From NCBI RefSeq assembly GCF_009914755.1, contig NC_060933.1: 64,000 bases of DNA; one strand, written 5' to 3'. The notes under the pieces are model-generated. The model searched no databases and was not told where the DNA came from. It saw only the letters and a list, made by a program, of their open reading frames with translations. This DNA comes from the human T2T-CHM13v2.0 reference genome, Homo sapiens. Each line of letters starts with the position of its first letter. The stretch's first letter is position 1. A program made the position numbers and the translations under genes. Positions 12,501-26,499 of this stretch are shown piece by piece.

Positions 12501-15500
12501 TGGAATGGAATGGAATGGAACGGAATGGAGTGGAATGGAATGGAATCAACCCGAGTGCAGGGGAATGGAATGGAATGGAATGCAATGGAATGGAATCATC
12601 CGGAATGGAATGGAATGGAATGGAAAGCAAAGCAATGGAATCAACTCGATTGCAATGGAATACAATGGACTGGAAAGGAATACATTGGAATCAACCCGAG
12701 TGGAATGGAATGGAAAGGACTGGAATGGAGTGGAATGGAATGGAATGGAATGGAATGGAATCAACTCGATTGGAATGGAATGGAATGGAATGGAATGGAA
12801 TGGAATGGAATTAACCCGAATAGAATGGAATGGAATTAAATGGAACGGAACGGAAAGAAATGGGATGGAATGGAATGGAATGGAATGGAATGGAATGGAA
12901 TCAACCCGACTGCAGGGGAATGGAATGGAATGGAATGCAATGGAATGGAATGGAATGGAATGGAATCAACCCGAGTGCAATCGAATGGAATCGAATGGAA
13001 TGCAATGCAATGGAATGGATTCAACTTGAATGGAATGGAAAGAATGGAATCAACACGAGTGGAATGGCATGGATTGGAATGGAATGGAATGGAATCAACC
13101 CGAGTACAGGGGAATGGAATGGAATGGAATGCAATGGAATGGAATCATCCGTAATGGAATGGAAAGGAATGGAATGGAATGGAATGGAATGGAATGGAAT
13201 GGAATCAACTCGATTGCAATCGAATGGAATGGAATGGAATTAACCCAAATAGAATGGAATGGAATGGAATGGAACGGAACGGAATGGAATGGAATGGAAT
13301 GGAATGGAACGGAACGGAACGGAACGGAACGGAATGGAATGGAATGGAATGGAATGGAATCAACGCGAGTGTAGGGGAATGGAATGGAATGGAATGCAAT
13401 GGAATGGAATCTTCCGGAATGGAATGGAATGGAATGGAATGAAATGCAATGGATTCAACTGGATTGCAATGGAATGGAATAGAATGGAATGGAATGGAAT
13501 GGAATGGAATTAACCCGAATAGAATGGAATGGAATGGAATGGATCGGAATGGAACGGAATGGAATGGAATGGAATGGAACGGAATGGAATGGAATGGAAT
13601 GGAATGGAATGGAACGGAAAGGAATGGAATGGAATGGAATGCAATGGAATGGAATGGAATGGAATCAACGCGAGGGCAGGGGAATGCAAGGGAATGGAAT
13701 GCAATGGAATGGAATCTTCCGGAATGGAATGGAATGGAATGGAATCAACCCGAGTGCAATGGAATGGAGTGGAATGGAATGGAATGGAATGGAACAACCC
13801 GAATAGAATGGAATGTAATGGAGAGTAAGGGAGTTGAATAGAATCAATCCGAATGTAATGGAATGGAATGGAAAGGAATGGAATGGAACGGAACGGAATG
13901 GAATGGAATGGAATGGAATGGAATGGAATGGAATGGAATTGTATGGAATGGAATGGAATGGTACGGAATAGAATGGAATGGAACGAATTGTAATGGAATG
14001 GAATTGAATGGAATGGAATGGAATCAACGCGAGTGCAGGGGAATGTAATGGAACGGAATGCAATGGAATGGAATCATCCGGAATGGAATGGAATGGAATG
14101 GAGTGGAATGGAATCAACCCGAGTGCAATGGAATGGAATGGAATGGAATGGAATGGAATGGAACAACCCGAATGGAATGGAATGTAATGGAGAGTAAGGG
14201 AGTTGAATAGAATCAATCCGAATGCAATGGAATGGAATGCAACGGAATGGAATGGAATGGAATGGAATGGAATGGAATGGAATGCAATGGAATAGAATCA
14301 ACCCGAGTACAATGGAATGGAAAGGGATGGAATGGAATGCAATGGAATGGAATGGAATTGAATGGAATGGAATGCCTTCAAACCGAATGGAATGGAAAGG
14401 AATGGAATAAACACGAGTGGAATGGAATGGAATGCAAAGTAATGGAATGGAATGGAATGGTACGGAATAGAATGGAATGGAACGAATTGGAATGGAATGG
14501 AATGAAATGGAATGGAATGGAATGGAATGGAATCGTTCCGAGTGGAATAGGAGGGAATGTATTCGAGTGGAATGGAAAGGAATGGAATCAACCAGAGTGG
14601 AATGGAAGGGAATGGAATGGAATGGAGACAAATAGAATGGAATCAACCCGAGTGGAATGGAATGGAAAGACTGGAATAGAATGGAATGGAATGGAATGGA
14701 ATGGAATGGAATGGAATGGAATGGAATTAACCCGAATAAAATGGAATGGAATGGAATGGAATGGAACGGAATGGAGTGGAATGGAATGGAATCAACCCGA
14801 GTGCAGGGGAATGGAATGGAATGGAATGCAATGGAATGGAATCATCCAGAATGGAATGGAATGGAATGGAATGCAAAGCAATGGAATCAACTCGATTGCA
14901 ATGGGATGGAATGGAATGGAAAGGAATAGAATGGAATCAACCCGAGTGGAATGGAATGGAAAGGACTGGAATGGAGTGGAATGGAATGGAATGGAATGGA
15001 ATGGAATCAACTCGATTCGAATGCAATGGAATGGAAAGGAATGGAATGGAATGGAATGGAATTAACCCGAATAGAATGGAATGGAGAGGAATGGAACGGA
15101 ATGGAATCGAATGGAATGGAATCAACCCGACTGCAGGGTAATGGAATGGAATGGAATGGAATGGAATGGAATGGAATCATCCGGAACGGAATGGAATGGA
15201 ATGGAATGGAATCAACTCGATTGCAATGGAATGGAATGGAATGGAATGGAATCGAATGGAATGGAATGGAATTAACCGGAATAGAATGCAATGGAATGGA
15301 ATGGAACGGAACGGAACGGAATGGAATGGAATGGAATGGAATGGAATAGAATGGAATCAACCCGAGTGCAGGGGAATGGAATGGAATAGAATGCAATGTA
15401 ATGGAATCATCCGGAATGGAATGGAATGGAAAGGAATGCAATCAACCTGATGCAATGGAATGGAGTGGAATGGAATGGAATGGAATGGAAACATCCCGAA

Positions 15501-18500
15501 TGGAATGGAATGGAATGGAGTGTAAGGGAATTGAATAGAATCAATCCGAATGTAATGGAATGGAATGGAATGAAATGGAATGGAATGGAATCAACCCGAG
15601 TGCAATGGAATGGATTCGAATGGAATGGAATGGAATGGAATGCATTCAACAAGAATGGAATGGAAAGGAACGGAATCAACCCGAGTGTAATGGAATGGAA
15701 TGGAACGGAATGGAATGGGATGGAATGGAATGGTACGGAATAGAATGGAATGGAATGAAATGGAATGGAATGGAATGGAATGGAATGGAATGAACCCGTG
15801 TGCAATGGAATGGAATGGAATGGAATGGAATGGATTCAACTCGAATGGAATCAACTCGATTGCAATGGAATGGAATGGAATGGAAAGGAATAGAATGGAA
15901 TCAACCCGAGTGAAATGGAATGGAAAGGACTGGAATGGAGTGGAATGGAATGGAATGGAATTAACCCGAATAGAATGGAATGGAACGGAATGGAACGGAA
16001 TGTAATGGAATGGAATGGAATGGAATCAACCCGAGTGCAGGGGAATGGAATGGAATGGAATGCAATGGAATCGAATCATCCAGAATGGAATGGAATGGAA
16101 TGGAATGGAATGGAATGGAATGGGATGGAATCAACTCGATTTCAATGGAATGGAATGGAATAGAATGGAATGGAATTAACAAGAATAGAATGGAATGGAA
16201 TGGAATAGAATGGAACAGAAAGGAATGGAATGGAATGGAATGGAATCAACCCAAGTGCAGGGGAATGGAATGGAATGGAATTCCATGGAATGGAATCATC
16301 CGGAATGGAATGGAATGGAATGGAATGGAATGGAATCAACCCGAGTGCAATGGAATGGAGAGGAATGGAATGGAATGGAATGGAAACTACCCGAATGGAA
16401 TGGAATGTAATGGAGTGTAAGGGAATTGAATAGAATGAATCCGAATGGAATGGAATGGAATGGAATGGAATGGAATGGAATGGAATGCAATGCCATGGAA
16501 TCAACACGAGTGCAATCGAATGGAATCGAATGGAATGGAATGCAATGGAATGGATTCAACTTGAATGGAATGGAAAGAATGGAATCAACACGAGTGGAAT
16601 GGCATGGATTGGAATGGAATGGAATGGAATCAACCCGAGTACAGGGGAATGGAATGGAATGGAATGAAATGGAATGGAATCATCCGAAAGGTAATGGAAA
16701 GGAATGGAATGGAATGGAATGGAATGGAATGGAATGGAATGGAGTGTAATGGAATCAACTCGATTGCAATCGAATGGAATGGAATGGAATGGAACGGAAC
16801 GGAATGGAATGGAATGGAATGGAATGGAATGGAATGGAAAGGATCGGAATGGAATGGAATGGAATGGAATGGAATGGAATGGAATGGAATGGAATCAACG
16901 CGAGTGCAGGGGAATGGAATGGAATGGAATGCAATGGAATGGAATCTTCCAGAATGGAATGGAATGGAATGGAATGGAATGGAATGCAATGGAATGGAAT
17001 CTTCCAGAATGGAATGGAATGGAATGGAATGGAATGGAATGGAATGCAATGGATTCAACTCGATTGCAATGGAATGGAATAGAATGGAATGCAATGGAAT
17101 GGAATGGAATTAACCCGAATAGAATGGAATGGAATGGAATGGAACGGAACGGAACGGAATGGAATGGAATGGAATGGAATGGAATGGAATTGTATGGAAT
17201 GGAATGGAATGGTACGGAATAGAATGGAATGGAATGGAATGGAATGGAATGGAATGGAATGGAATCAACCCGAGTGCAGGGGAATGTAATGGAACGGAAT
17301 GCAATGGAATGGAATCATCCGGAATGGAATGGAATGGAATGGAATGGAATGGAATGGAATGGAATGGAATCAACCCGAGTGCAATGGAATGGAGTGGAAT
17401 GGAATGGAATGGAATGGAACAACCCGAATGGAATGGAATGTAATGGAGAGTAAGGCAGTTGTATAGAATCAATCCGAAAGTAATGGAATGGAAAGGTATG
17501 GAATGGAATGGAATGGAATGGAATGGAATGGAATGGAATGCAATGGAATGGAATCAACCCGAGTACAATGGAATGGAATGGAATGGAATGGAATGGAATA
17601 TAATGGAATGGAATGGAATGGAATCAACCCGAGTCAATGGAATGGAGAGGAATGGAATGGAATGGAATGGAAACTACCCGAATGGAATGGAATGTAATGG
17701 AGTGTAAGGGAATTGAATAGAATCAATCCGAATGGAATGGAATGGAATGGAACGGAATGGAATGGAATGGAATGGAATGGAATCAACCCGAGTGCAGGGG
17801 AATGGAATGGAATGGAATGCAATGGAATGGAATCATCCGGAATGGAATGGAATGGAATGCAATGGAATGGAATGGAATGGAATCAAACCGAGTGCAATGG
17901 AAAGGAGTGAAATGGAATGGAATGGAATGGAAACAACCAGAATGGATTGGAATATAATGGAGTGTAAGGGAATTGAATAGAATCAATCAGAATGTAATGA
18001 AATGGAATGGAACGGAATGGAATGGAATGGAATGGAATGGAATGCAACGCAATGGAATGGAATCAGCCCGAGTGAAATCGAATGGAATCAAATGGAATGG
18101 AATGCAATGGAATGGATTTAAGTTGAATGGAATGGAAAGAATGGAATCAACACGAGTGGAATGGCATGGATTGGAATGGAATGGAATGGAATCAACCCGA
18201 GTACAGGGGAATGGAATGGAATGGAATGCAATGGAATTGAATCATCCGTAATGGAATGGAAAGGAATGGAATGGAATGGAATGGAATCAACTCGATTGTA
18301 ATCGAATGGAATGGAATGGAATGGAATTAACCCGAATAGAATGGAATGGAATGGAATGGAACAGAACGGAACGGAATGGAATGGAATGGAATGGAATGGA
18401 ATGAAACGGAAAGGAATGGAATGGAATGGAATGGAATGGAATGGAATCAAGGCGAGTGCAGGGGAATGGAATGGAATGGAATGCAATGGAATGGAATCTT

Positions 18501-18630
18501 CCGGAATGGAATGGAATGGAATGGAATGGAATGAAATGGATTCAACTAGATTGCAATGGAATGTAATAGAATGGAATGGAATGGAATGGAATGGAATTAA
18601 CCCTAATAGAGTGGAATGGAATGGAATGGA

Positions 18631-18665
18631 ACGGAACGGAACGGAACGGAACGGAACGGAACGGA
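18631..18665 (+). repeat. (ACGGA)7 run, longest pure GGAAC-variant tract I noted
   Basis: Seven consecutive ACGGA units, read directly. Confidence 0.9.
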
Positions 18666-20989
18666 ATGGAATGGAATGGAATGGAATGGAATTGTAAGGA
18701 ATGGAATGGAATGGTACGGAATAGAATGGAATGGAAAGAATTGGAATGGAATGGAATCGAATGGAATGGTAAGGAATGGAATGGAATGGAATGGAATCAA
18801 CCCGAGTGCAGGGGAATGTAATGGAACGGAATGCAATGGAATGGAATCATCCGGAATGGAATGGAATGGAATGGAATGGAATGGAATCAACCCGAGTGCA
18901 ATGCAATGGAGTGGAATGGAATGGAACAACACGAATGGAAGGGAATGTAATGGAGAGTAAGGGAGTTGAATAGAATCAACCCAAATATAATGGAATGGAA
19001 TGGAACGGAATGGAATGGAATGGAATGCAATGGAATGGAATCAACCCTAGTATAATGGAATGGAATGGAATGGAATGGAATGGAATGGCATGGAATGGAA
19101 TGGAATCAACCCGAGTGCAATGGAATGGAGAGGAATGGAATGGAATGGAATGGAAACTACCCGAATGGAATGGAATGTAATGAAGTGTAAGGGAATTGAA
19201 TAGAATCAATCCGAATGTAATGGAATGCAATGGAACGGAATGGAATGGAATGGAATGGAATGGAATGGAATGGAATGGAATGCAATGGAATGGAATCAAC
19301 CCGAGTGCAATCGAATGGAATCGAATGGAATGGAATGCAATGGAATGGATTCAACTTGAAAGGAATGGAAAGAATGGAATCAACACGAGTGGAATGGCAT
19401 GGATTGGAATGGAATGGAATGGAATCAACCCGAGTACAGGAGAATGGAATGGAATGGAATGCAATGGAATGGAATCATTAGTAATGGAATGGAAAGGAAT
19501 GGAATGGAATGGAATGGAATGGAATCAACTCGATTGCAATCAAATGGAATGGAATGGAATTAATCCGAATAGAATGGAATTGAATGGAATGGAACGGAGC
19601 GGAATGGAATGGAATGGAATGGAATGGAATGGAACGGAACGGAACGGAACGGAACGGAATGGAATGGAATGGAATGGAATGGAATGGAATCAACGCGAGT
19701 GCAGGGGAATGGAATGGAATGGAATGCAATGGAATGGAATCTTCCGGAATGGAATGGAATGGAATGGAATGGAATGGAATGCAATGGATTCAACTCGATT
19801 GCAATGGAATGGTATATAATGGAATGGAATGGAATGGAATGGAATGGAATTAACCCTAATAGAATGGAATGGAATGGAATGGAACGGAATAGAACGGAAT
19901 GGAATGGAATGGAATAGAATGGAATGGAATGGAATGGTATGGAATTTAATGGAATGGTACGGAATAGAATGGAATGGAACGAATTGGAATGGAATGGAAT
20001 CGAATGGAATGGAATGGAATGGAATGGAATCAACGCGAGTGCAGGGAAACGTAATAGAACGGAATGCAATGGAATGGAATCATCCAGAATGGAACGGAAT
20101 GGAATGGAATGGAATGGGATCAACCCGAGTGCAATGGAATGGAGTGGAAAGGAATGGAAAGGAATGGAACAACCCGAATGGAATGGAATGTAATGGAGAG
20201 TAAGGGAGTTGAATACAATCAATCCGAATGGAATGGAATGTAATTGAAAGTAAGGGAGTTGAATAGAATCAATCCGAATGTAATGGAATGGAATGGAACG
20301 GAATGGAATTGAATGGAATGGAATGGAATGCAATGGAATGGAATCAACCCGAGTACAATGGAATGAAATGGAATGGAATGGAATGGAATGGAATGGAATG
20401 GAATGGAATTGAATGGAATGGCTTCAAACCGAATGGAATGGAAAGGAATGGAATCAACACGAGTGGAATGGAATGGAATGGAATGGAATGGTATGGAATG
20501 GAATGGTACGGAATAGAATGGAATGGAACGAAATGGAATGGAATGGAATGGAATGGAATGGAATGGAATTGTTACGAGTGGATTAAGAGGGAATGTATTC
20601 GAGTGGAATGGAAAGGAGTGGAATCAACCAGAGAGGAATGGAAGGGAATGGAATGGAATGGAAACTAATAGAATGGAATCAACCCGAGTGGAATGGAATG
20701 CAAAGGAATGGAATGGAATGGAATGGAATCAACTCGATTGTAATGGAGTGGAATGGAATGGAATGGAATGGAATGGAATGGAATGGAATTAACCCGAATA
20801 CAATGGAATGGAATGGAATGGAACGGAATGGAGTGGAATGGAATGGAATCAACCCGAGTGCAGGGGAATGGAATGGAATGGAATGCAATGGAATGGAATC
20901 ATCCGGAATGGAATGGAATGGAATGGAATGCAATGCAATGGAATCAACTCGATTGCAATGGAATGGAATGGAAAGGAATAGAATGGAAT

Positions 20990-23900
20990 CAACCCGAGTG
21001 GAATGGAATGGAAAGGACTGGAATGGAGTGGAATGGAATGGAATGGAATGGAATCAACTCGATTGGAATGGAATGGAATGGAATGCAATGGAATTAACCC
21101 GAATAGAATGGAATGGAATGGAATGGAACGGAATGGAATAGAATGGAATGGAATGGAATGGAATGGAAAGGAATCAACCCGAGTGCAGGGGAATGGAATG
21201 GAATGGAATGCAATGGAATGGAATCATCCGGAACGGAATGGAATGGAATGGAATGGAATCAACTCGATTGCAATGGAATGGAATGGAATGAAATGGAATG
21301 GAATGGAATGGAATGGAATGGAATGGAATGGAATGGAATGGAATTCACCCGAATAGAATGGAATGGAATGGAATGGAAAGGAATGGAAGGGGAGGGAATG
21401 GAATGTAATCAACCCGAGTGCAGGGGAATTGATTGGAATGGAATGCAATGGAATGGAATCATCCGGAATCGAATGGAATGGAATGGAATGGAATTGAATG
21501 GAATGGAATGGAATGGAATGGAATCAACCCGATGCAATGGAATGGAGTGGAATGGAATGGAATGGAATGGAAACATCCCGAATGGAATGGAATGTAATGG
21601 AGTGTAAGGGAATTGAATAGAATCAATCCGAATGTAATGGAATGGTATGGAATGAAATCGAATGGAATGGAATGGAATGGAATCAACACGAGTGCAATGG
21701 AATAGAATCGAATAGAATGGAATGGAATGGATTCAACAAGAATGGAATGGAAAGGAATGGAATCAACCCGAGTGTAATGGCATGGAATGGAATGGAGTGG
21801 AATGGAATGGGATGGAATGGAATGGTACAGAATAGAATGGAATGGAATGAAATGGAATGGAATGGAATGGAATGGAATGGAATGGAATGAACCCGTGTGC
21901 AATGTAATGGAATGGAACGGAATGGAATGGATTCAACTCCAAAGGAATCAACTCGATTGCAATGGAATGGAATGGAATGGAAAGGAATAGAATGGAATCA
22001 ACGCGAGTGGAATGGAATGGAAAGGACTGGAATGGAGTGGAATCTAATGGAATGGAATGGAATCAAATCGATTGGAATGGAATGGAATGGAATGGAATGG
22101 AATCAACTCTATTGCAATGGAATGGAATGGAATGGAATGGAATGGAATGGAATGGAATGGAATGGAATTAACCCGAATAGAATGGAATGGAATGGAGTGG
22201 AACGGAATGTAATGGAATGGAATGGAATCAACCTGAGTCCAGGGGAATGGAATCGAATGGAATGCGATGGAATGGAGTGATCCGGAATGGAATGGAATGG
22301 AATGGAATGGAATGGAATCAACTCGATTTCAATGGAATGGAATGGAATATAATGGAATGGAATTAACACGAATAGAAAGGAATGGAATGGAATGGAATGG
22401 AACGGAAAGAATGGAGTGGAATGGAATGGAATCAACCCGAGTGCAGGGGAATGGAATGGAATGGAATGCAATGGAATGGAATCATATGTAATGGAATGGA
22501 AAGGAATGGAATGGAATGGAATGGAATGGAATCAACTCGATTGTAATCGAATGGAATGGAATGGAATTAACCCGAATAGAATGGAATGGAATGGAATGGA
22601 ACGGAACGGAATTGAATGGAATGGAATGGAATGGAATGGAATGGAACGGAAAGGAATGGAATGGAATGGAATGCAATGGAATGTAATCAACGCGATTGCA
22701 ATCGAATGGAATGGAATGGAATTAACCCGAACAGAATGTAATGGAATGGAATGGAATGGAACGGAACGGAATGGAATGGAATGGAATGGAATGGAAAGGA
22801 ATGGAACGGAACGGAACGGAACGGAATGGAATGGAATGGAATGGAATGGAATCAACGCGAGTGCAGGGGAATGGAATGGAATGGAATGCAATGGAATGGA
22901 ATCTTCCGGAATGGAATGGAATGGAATGGAATAGAATGGAATGGAATGGAATGGAATGGAATGGAATCAACCCGAGTACAAGGGAATGGAATGGAATGTA
23001 ATGCAATGGAATGGAATCATCCGTAATGGAATGGAAAGGAATGGAATGAAATGGAATGGAATGGAATGGAATTAACTCGATTGCAATCGAATGGAATGGA
23101 AGGGAATTAACCCAAATAGAATGGAATGGAATGGAACGGAACGGAACGGAACGGAATGGAATGGAATGGAATGGAATGGAACAACCCGAATGGAATGGAA
23201 TGTAATGGAGAGTAAGGGAGTTGAATAGAATCAATCCGAATGTAATGGAAGGGAATGCAACGGAATGGAATGTAATAGAATGGAATGGAATGGACTGGAA
23301 TGGAATGCAAAGGAATGGAATCAACCCGAGTGGAATGGCATGGAATGGAATGCAATGGATTGGAAAGGAATGCAATCAACTCGAGTGGAAAGGAATGGAA
23401 TAGAATGGAAAGGAATGGAATGAAGTCAACTCGAGTGGAATGGAATGGAATGGAATGGATTGGAATGGATTGCAATGGAATGAAATGGAATGGAATGGAA
23501 TGGAATCAATCATGGAAGGGAATGTAATGCAGTGGAAAGAAGGGAATGGAATCAACCCGAGTGGAATGGAATGGAAAGGACTGGAATGGAGTGGAATGGA
23601 ATGGAATGGAATGGAATCAACTCGATTGGAATGGAATGGAATGGAATGGAATGGAATTAACACGAATAGAATGGAATGGAATGGAATGGAATGGAATGGA
23701 ATGGAATTGTATGGAATGGAATGGAATGGAATGGAAAGGAATCAACCCGAGTGCAGGGGAATGGAATGGAATGGAATGCAATGGAATGGAATCATCTGGA
23801 ACGGAATGGAATGGAATTGAATGGAATCAACTCGATTGCAATGGAATGGAATGGAATGAAATGGAATGGAATGGAATGGAATGGAATGGAATGGAATTCA

Positions 23901-25560
23901 CCCGAATAGAATGGAATGGAATGGAATGGAAAGGAATGGAAGGGGAGGGAATGGAATGTAATCAACCCGAGTGCAGGGGAATGGAATGGAATGGAATGCA
24001 ATGGAATGGAATCATCCGGAATCGAATGGAATGGAATGGAATGGAATTGAATGGAATGGAATGGAATGGAATGGAATCAACCCGATGCAATGGAATGGAG
24101 TGGAATGGAATGGAATGGAATTGAAACATCCCGAATGGAATGGAATGGAATGGAGTGTAAGGGAATTGAATAGAATCAATCCGAATGTAATGGAATGGAA
24201 TGGAATGAAATCGAATGGAATGGAATGGAATGGAATCAACCCAAGTGCAATGGAATGGAATCGAATAGAATGGAATGGAATGGATTCAACAAGAATGGAA
24301 TGGAAAGGAATGGAATCAACCCGAGTGTAATGGCATGGAATGGAATGGAATGGAATGGGATGGAATGGAATGGTACGGAATAGAATGGAATGGAATGAAA
24401 TGGAATGGAATGGAATGGAATGGAATGGAATGGAATGGAATGGAATGAACCCGTGTGCAATGTAATGGAATGGAACGGAATGGAATGGATTCAACTCGAA
24501 AGGAATCAACTCGATTGCAATGGAATGGAATGGAATGAAAAGGAATAGAATGGAATCAACCCGAGTGGAATGGAATGGAAAGGACTGGAATGGAGTGGAA
24601 TCTAATGGAATGGAATGGAATCAAATCGATTGGAATGGAATGGAATGGAATGGAATGGAATCAACTCTATTGCAATGGAATGGAATGGAATGGAATGGAA
24701 TGGAATGGAATGGAATGGAATTAACCCGAATAGAATGGAATGGAATGGAGTGGAACGGAATGTAATGGAATGGAATGGAATCAACCCGAGTGCAGGGGAA
24801 TGGAATCGAATGGAATGCGATGGAATGGAATCATCCCGAATGGAATGGAATGGAATGGAATGGAATGGAATGGAATCAACTCGATTTCAATGGAATGGAA
24901 TGGAATATAATGGAATGGAATTAACACGAATAGAAAGGAATGGAATGGAATGGAATGGAACGGAAAGAATGGAGTGGAATGGAATGGAATCAACCCGAGT
25001 GCAGGGGAATGGAATGGAATGGAATGCAAATAAATGGAATCATATGTAATGGAATGGAAAGGAATGGAATGGAATGGAATGGAATGGAATCAACTCGATT
25101 GTAATCGAATGGAATGGAATGGAATTAACCCGAATAGAATGGAATGGAATGGAATGGAACGGAAAGGAATGGAATGGAATGGAATGGAATGGAAAGGAAC
25201 GGAACGGAACGGAACGGAACGGAATGGAATGGAATGGAATGGAATGGAATCAACGCGAGTGCAGGGGAATGGAATGGAATGGAATGCAATGGAATGGAAT
25301 CTTCCGGAATGGAATGGAATGGAATGGAATAGAATGGAATGAAATGGAATGGAATGGAATCAACCAGAGTACAAGGGAATGGAATGGAATGTAATGCAAT
25401 GGAATGGAATCATCCGTAATGGAATGGAAAGGAATGGAATGGAATGGAATGGAATGGAATTAACTCGATTGCAATCGAATGGAATGGAAGGGAATTAACC
25501 CAAATAGAATGGAATGGAATGGAACGGAACGGAACGGAACGGAATGGAATGGAATGGAAT
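20990..25560 (+). repeat. Local ~2.55 kb-offset duplication (20990-23170 and 23545-25560)
   Basis: Paired markers, most seen only here: GAATTCACCCG (21341/23894), GGAAGGGGAGGG (21385/23938), GTGGAATCTAATGG, GCGATGG (22264/24817), CATATG (22483/25041), GTACAAGGG (22976/25369). Confidence 0.9.
23321..23560 (+). repeat. Rare module T copy 1 (others 28907-29190 and 63541-63850)
   Basis: CAACTCGAGTGGAAAGG...GAAGTCAACTCGAGTGG...GGATTGCAATGGAATGAAAT...CAATC(A/G)TGGAAGGG...GTGGAAAGAAGGG. CTCGAG occurs at 23380, 23430, 28966, 29016 and 63651. Confidence 0.88.
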
Positions 25561-26499
25561 GGAATGGAACGGAATGGAATGGAATGGAATGGAATGGAAT
25601 CAACCCGAGTGCAGGGGAATGGAATGGAATGGATTGCAATGGAATGGAATCTTCTGGAATGGAATGGAATGGAATGGACTGGAATGCAATGGATTCAACT
25701 CGATTGCAATGGAATGGAATAGAATGGAATGGAATGGAATGGAATGGAATTAACCCGAATAGAATGGAATGGAATGGAATGGAACGGAATGGAATGGAAT
25801 GGTATGGAATGGAATGGAATGGAATGGAATGGTATGGAATGGAATGGAATGGTACGGAATAGATTGGAATGGAACGAATTGGAATGGAATGGAATCGAAT
25901 GGCATGGAATGGAATGGAATGTAATGGAATCAACCGGAGTGCAGGGTAATGTAATGGAACGGAATGCAATGGAATGGAATCATCAGGGATGGAATGGAAT
26001 GGAATGGAATGGAATGGAATGGAATGGAATCAACCCGAGTGCAATGGAATGGAGTGGAATGGAATGGAATGGAATGGAACAACCCGAATGGAATGGAATG
26101 TAATGGAGAGTAAGGGAGTTGAATAGAATCAATCCGAATTTAATGTAATGGAATGGAACGGAATGGAATGGAATGGAATGGAATGGAATGGAATGCAATG
26201 GAATGGAATCAACCCGAGTACAATGGAATGGAATGGAATGGAATGGAATGGAATGGAATGGAATGGAATGGAATGGAATGGAATCAACCCGAGTGCAATG
26301 GAATAGAGAGGAATGGAATGGAAAGGAATGGAAACTACCCGAATGGAATGGAATGTAATGGAGTGTAAGGGAATTGAATAAAATCAATCCGAATGGAATG
26401 GAATGGAATGGAACGGAATGTAATGTAATGGAATGGAATGGAATCAACCCGAGTGCAGGGGAATGGAATGGAATGGAAAGCAATGGAATGGAATCATCC

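Noticed and set aside
21385-21396. GGAAGGGGAGGG as a G-quadruplex seed (also 23938)
   Set aside because: It has only two adjacent runs of three or more G. The next run is ~25 bp away and a fourth is missing.
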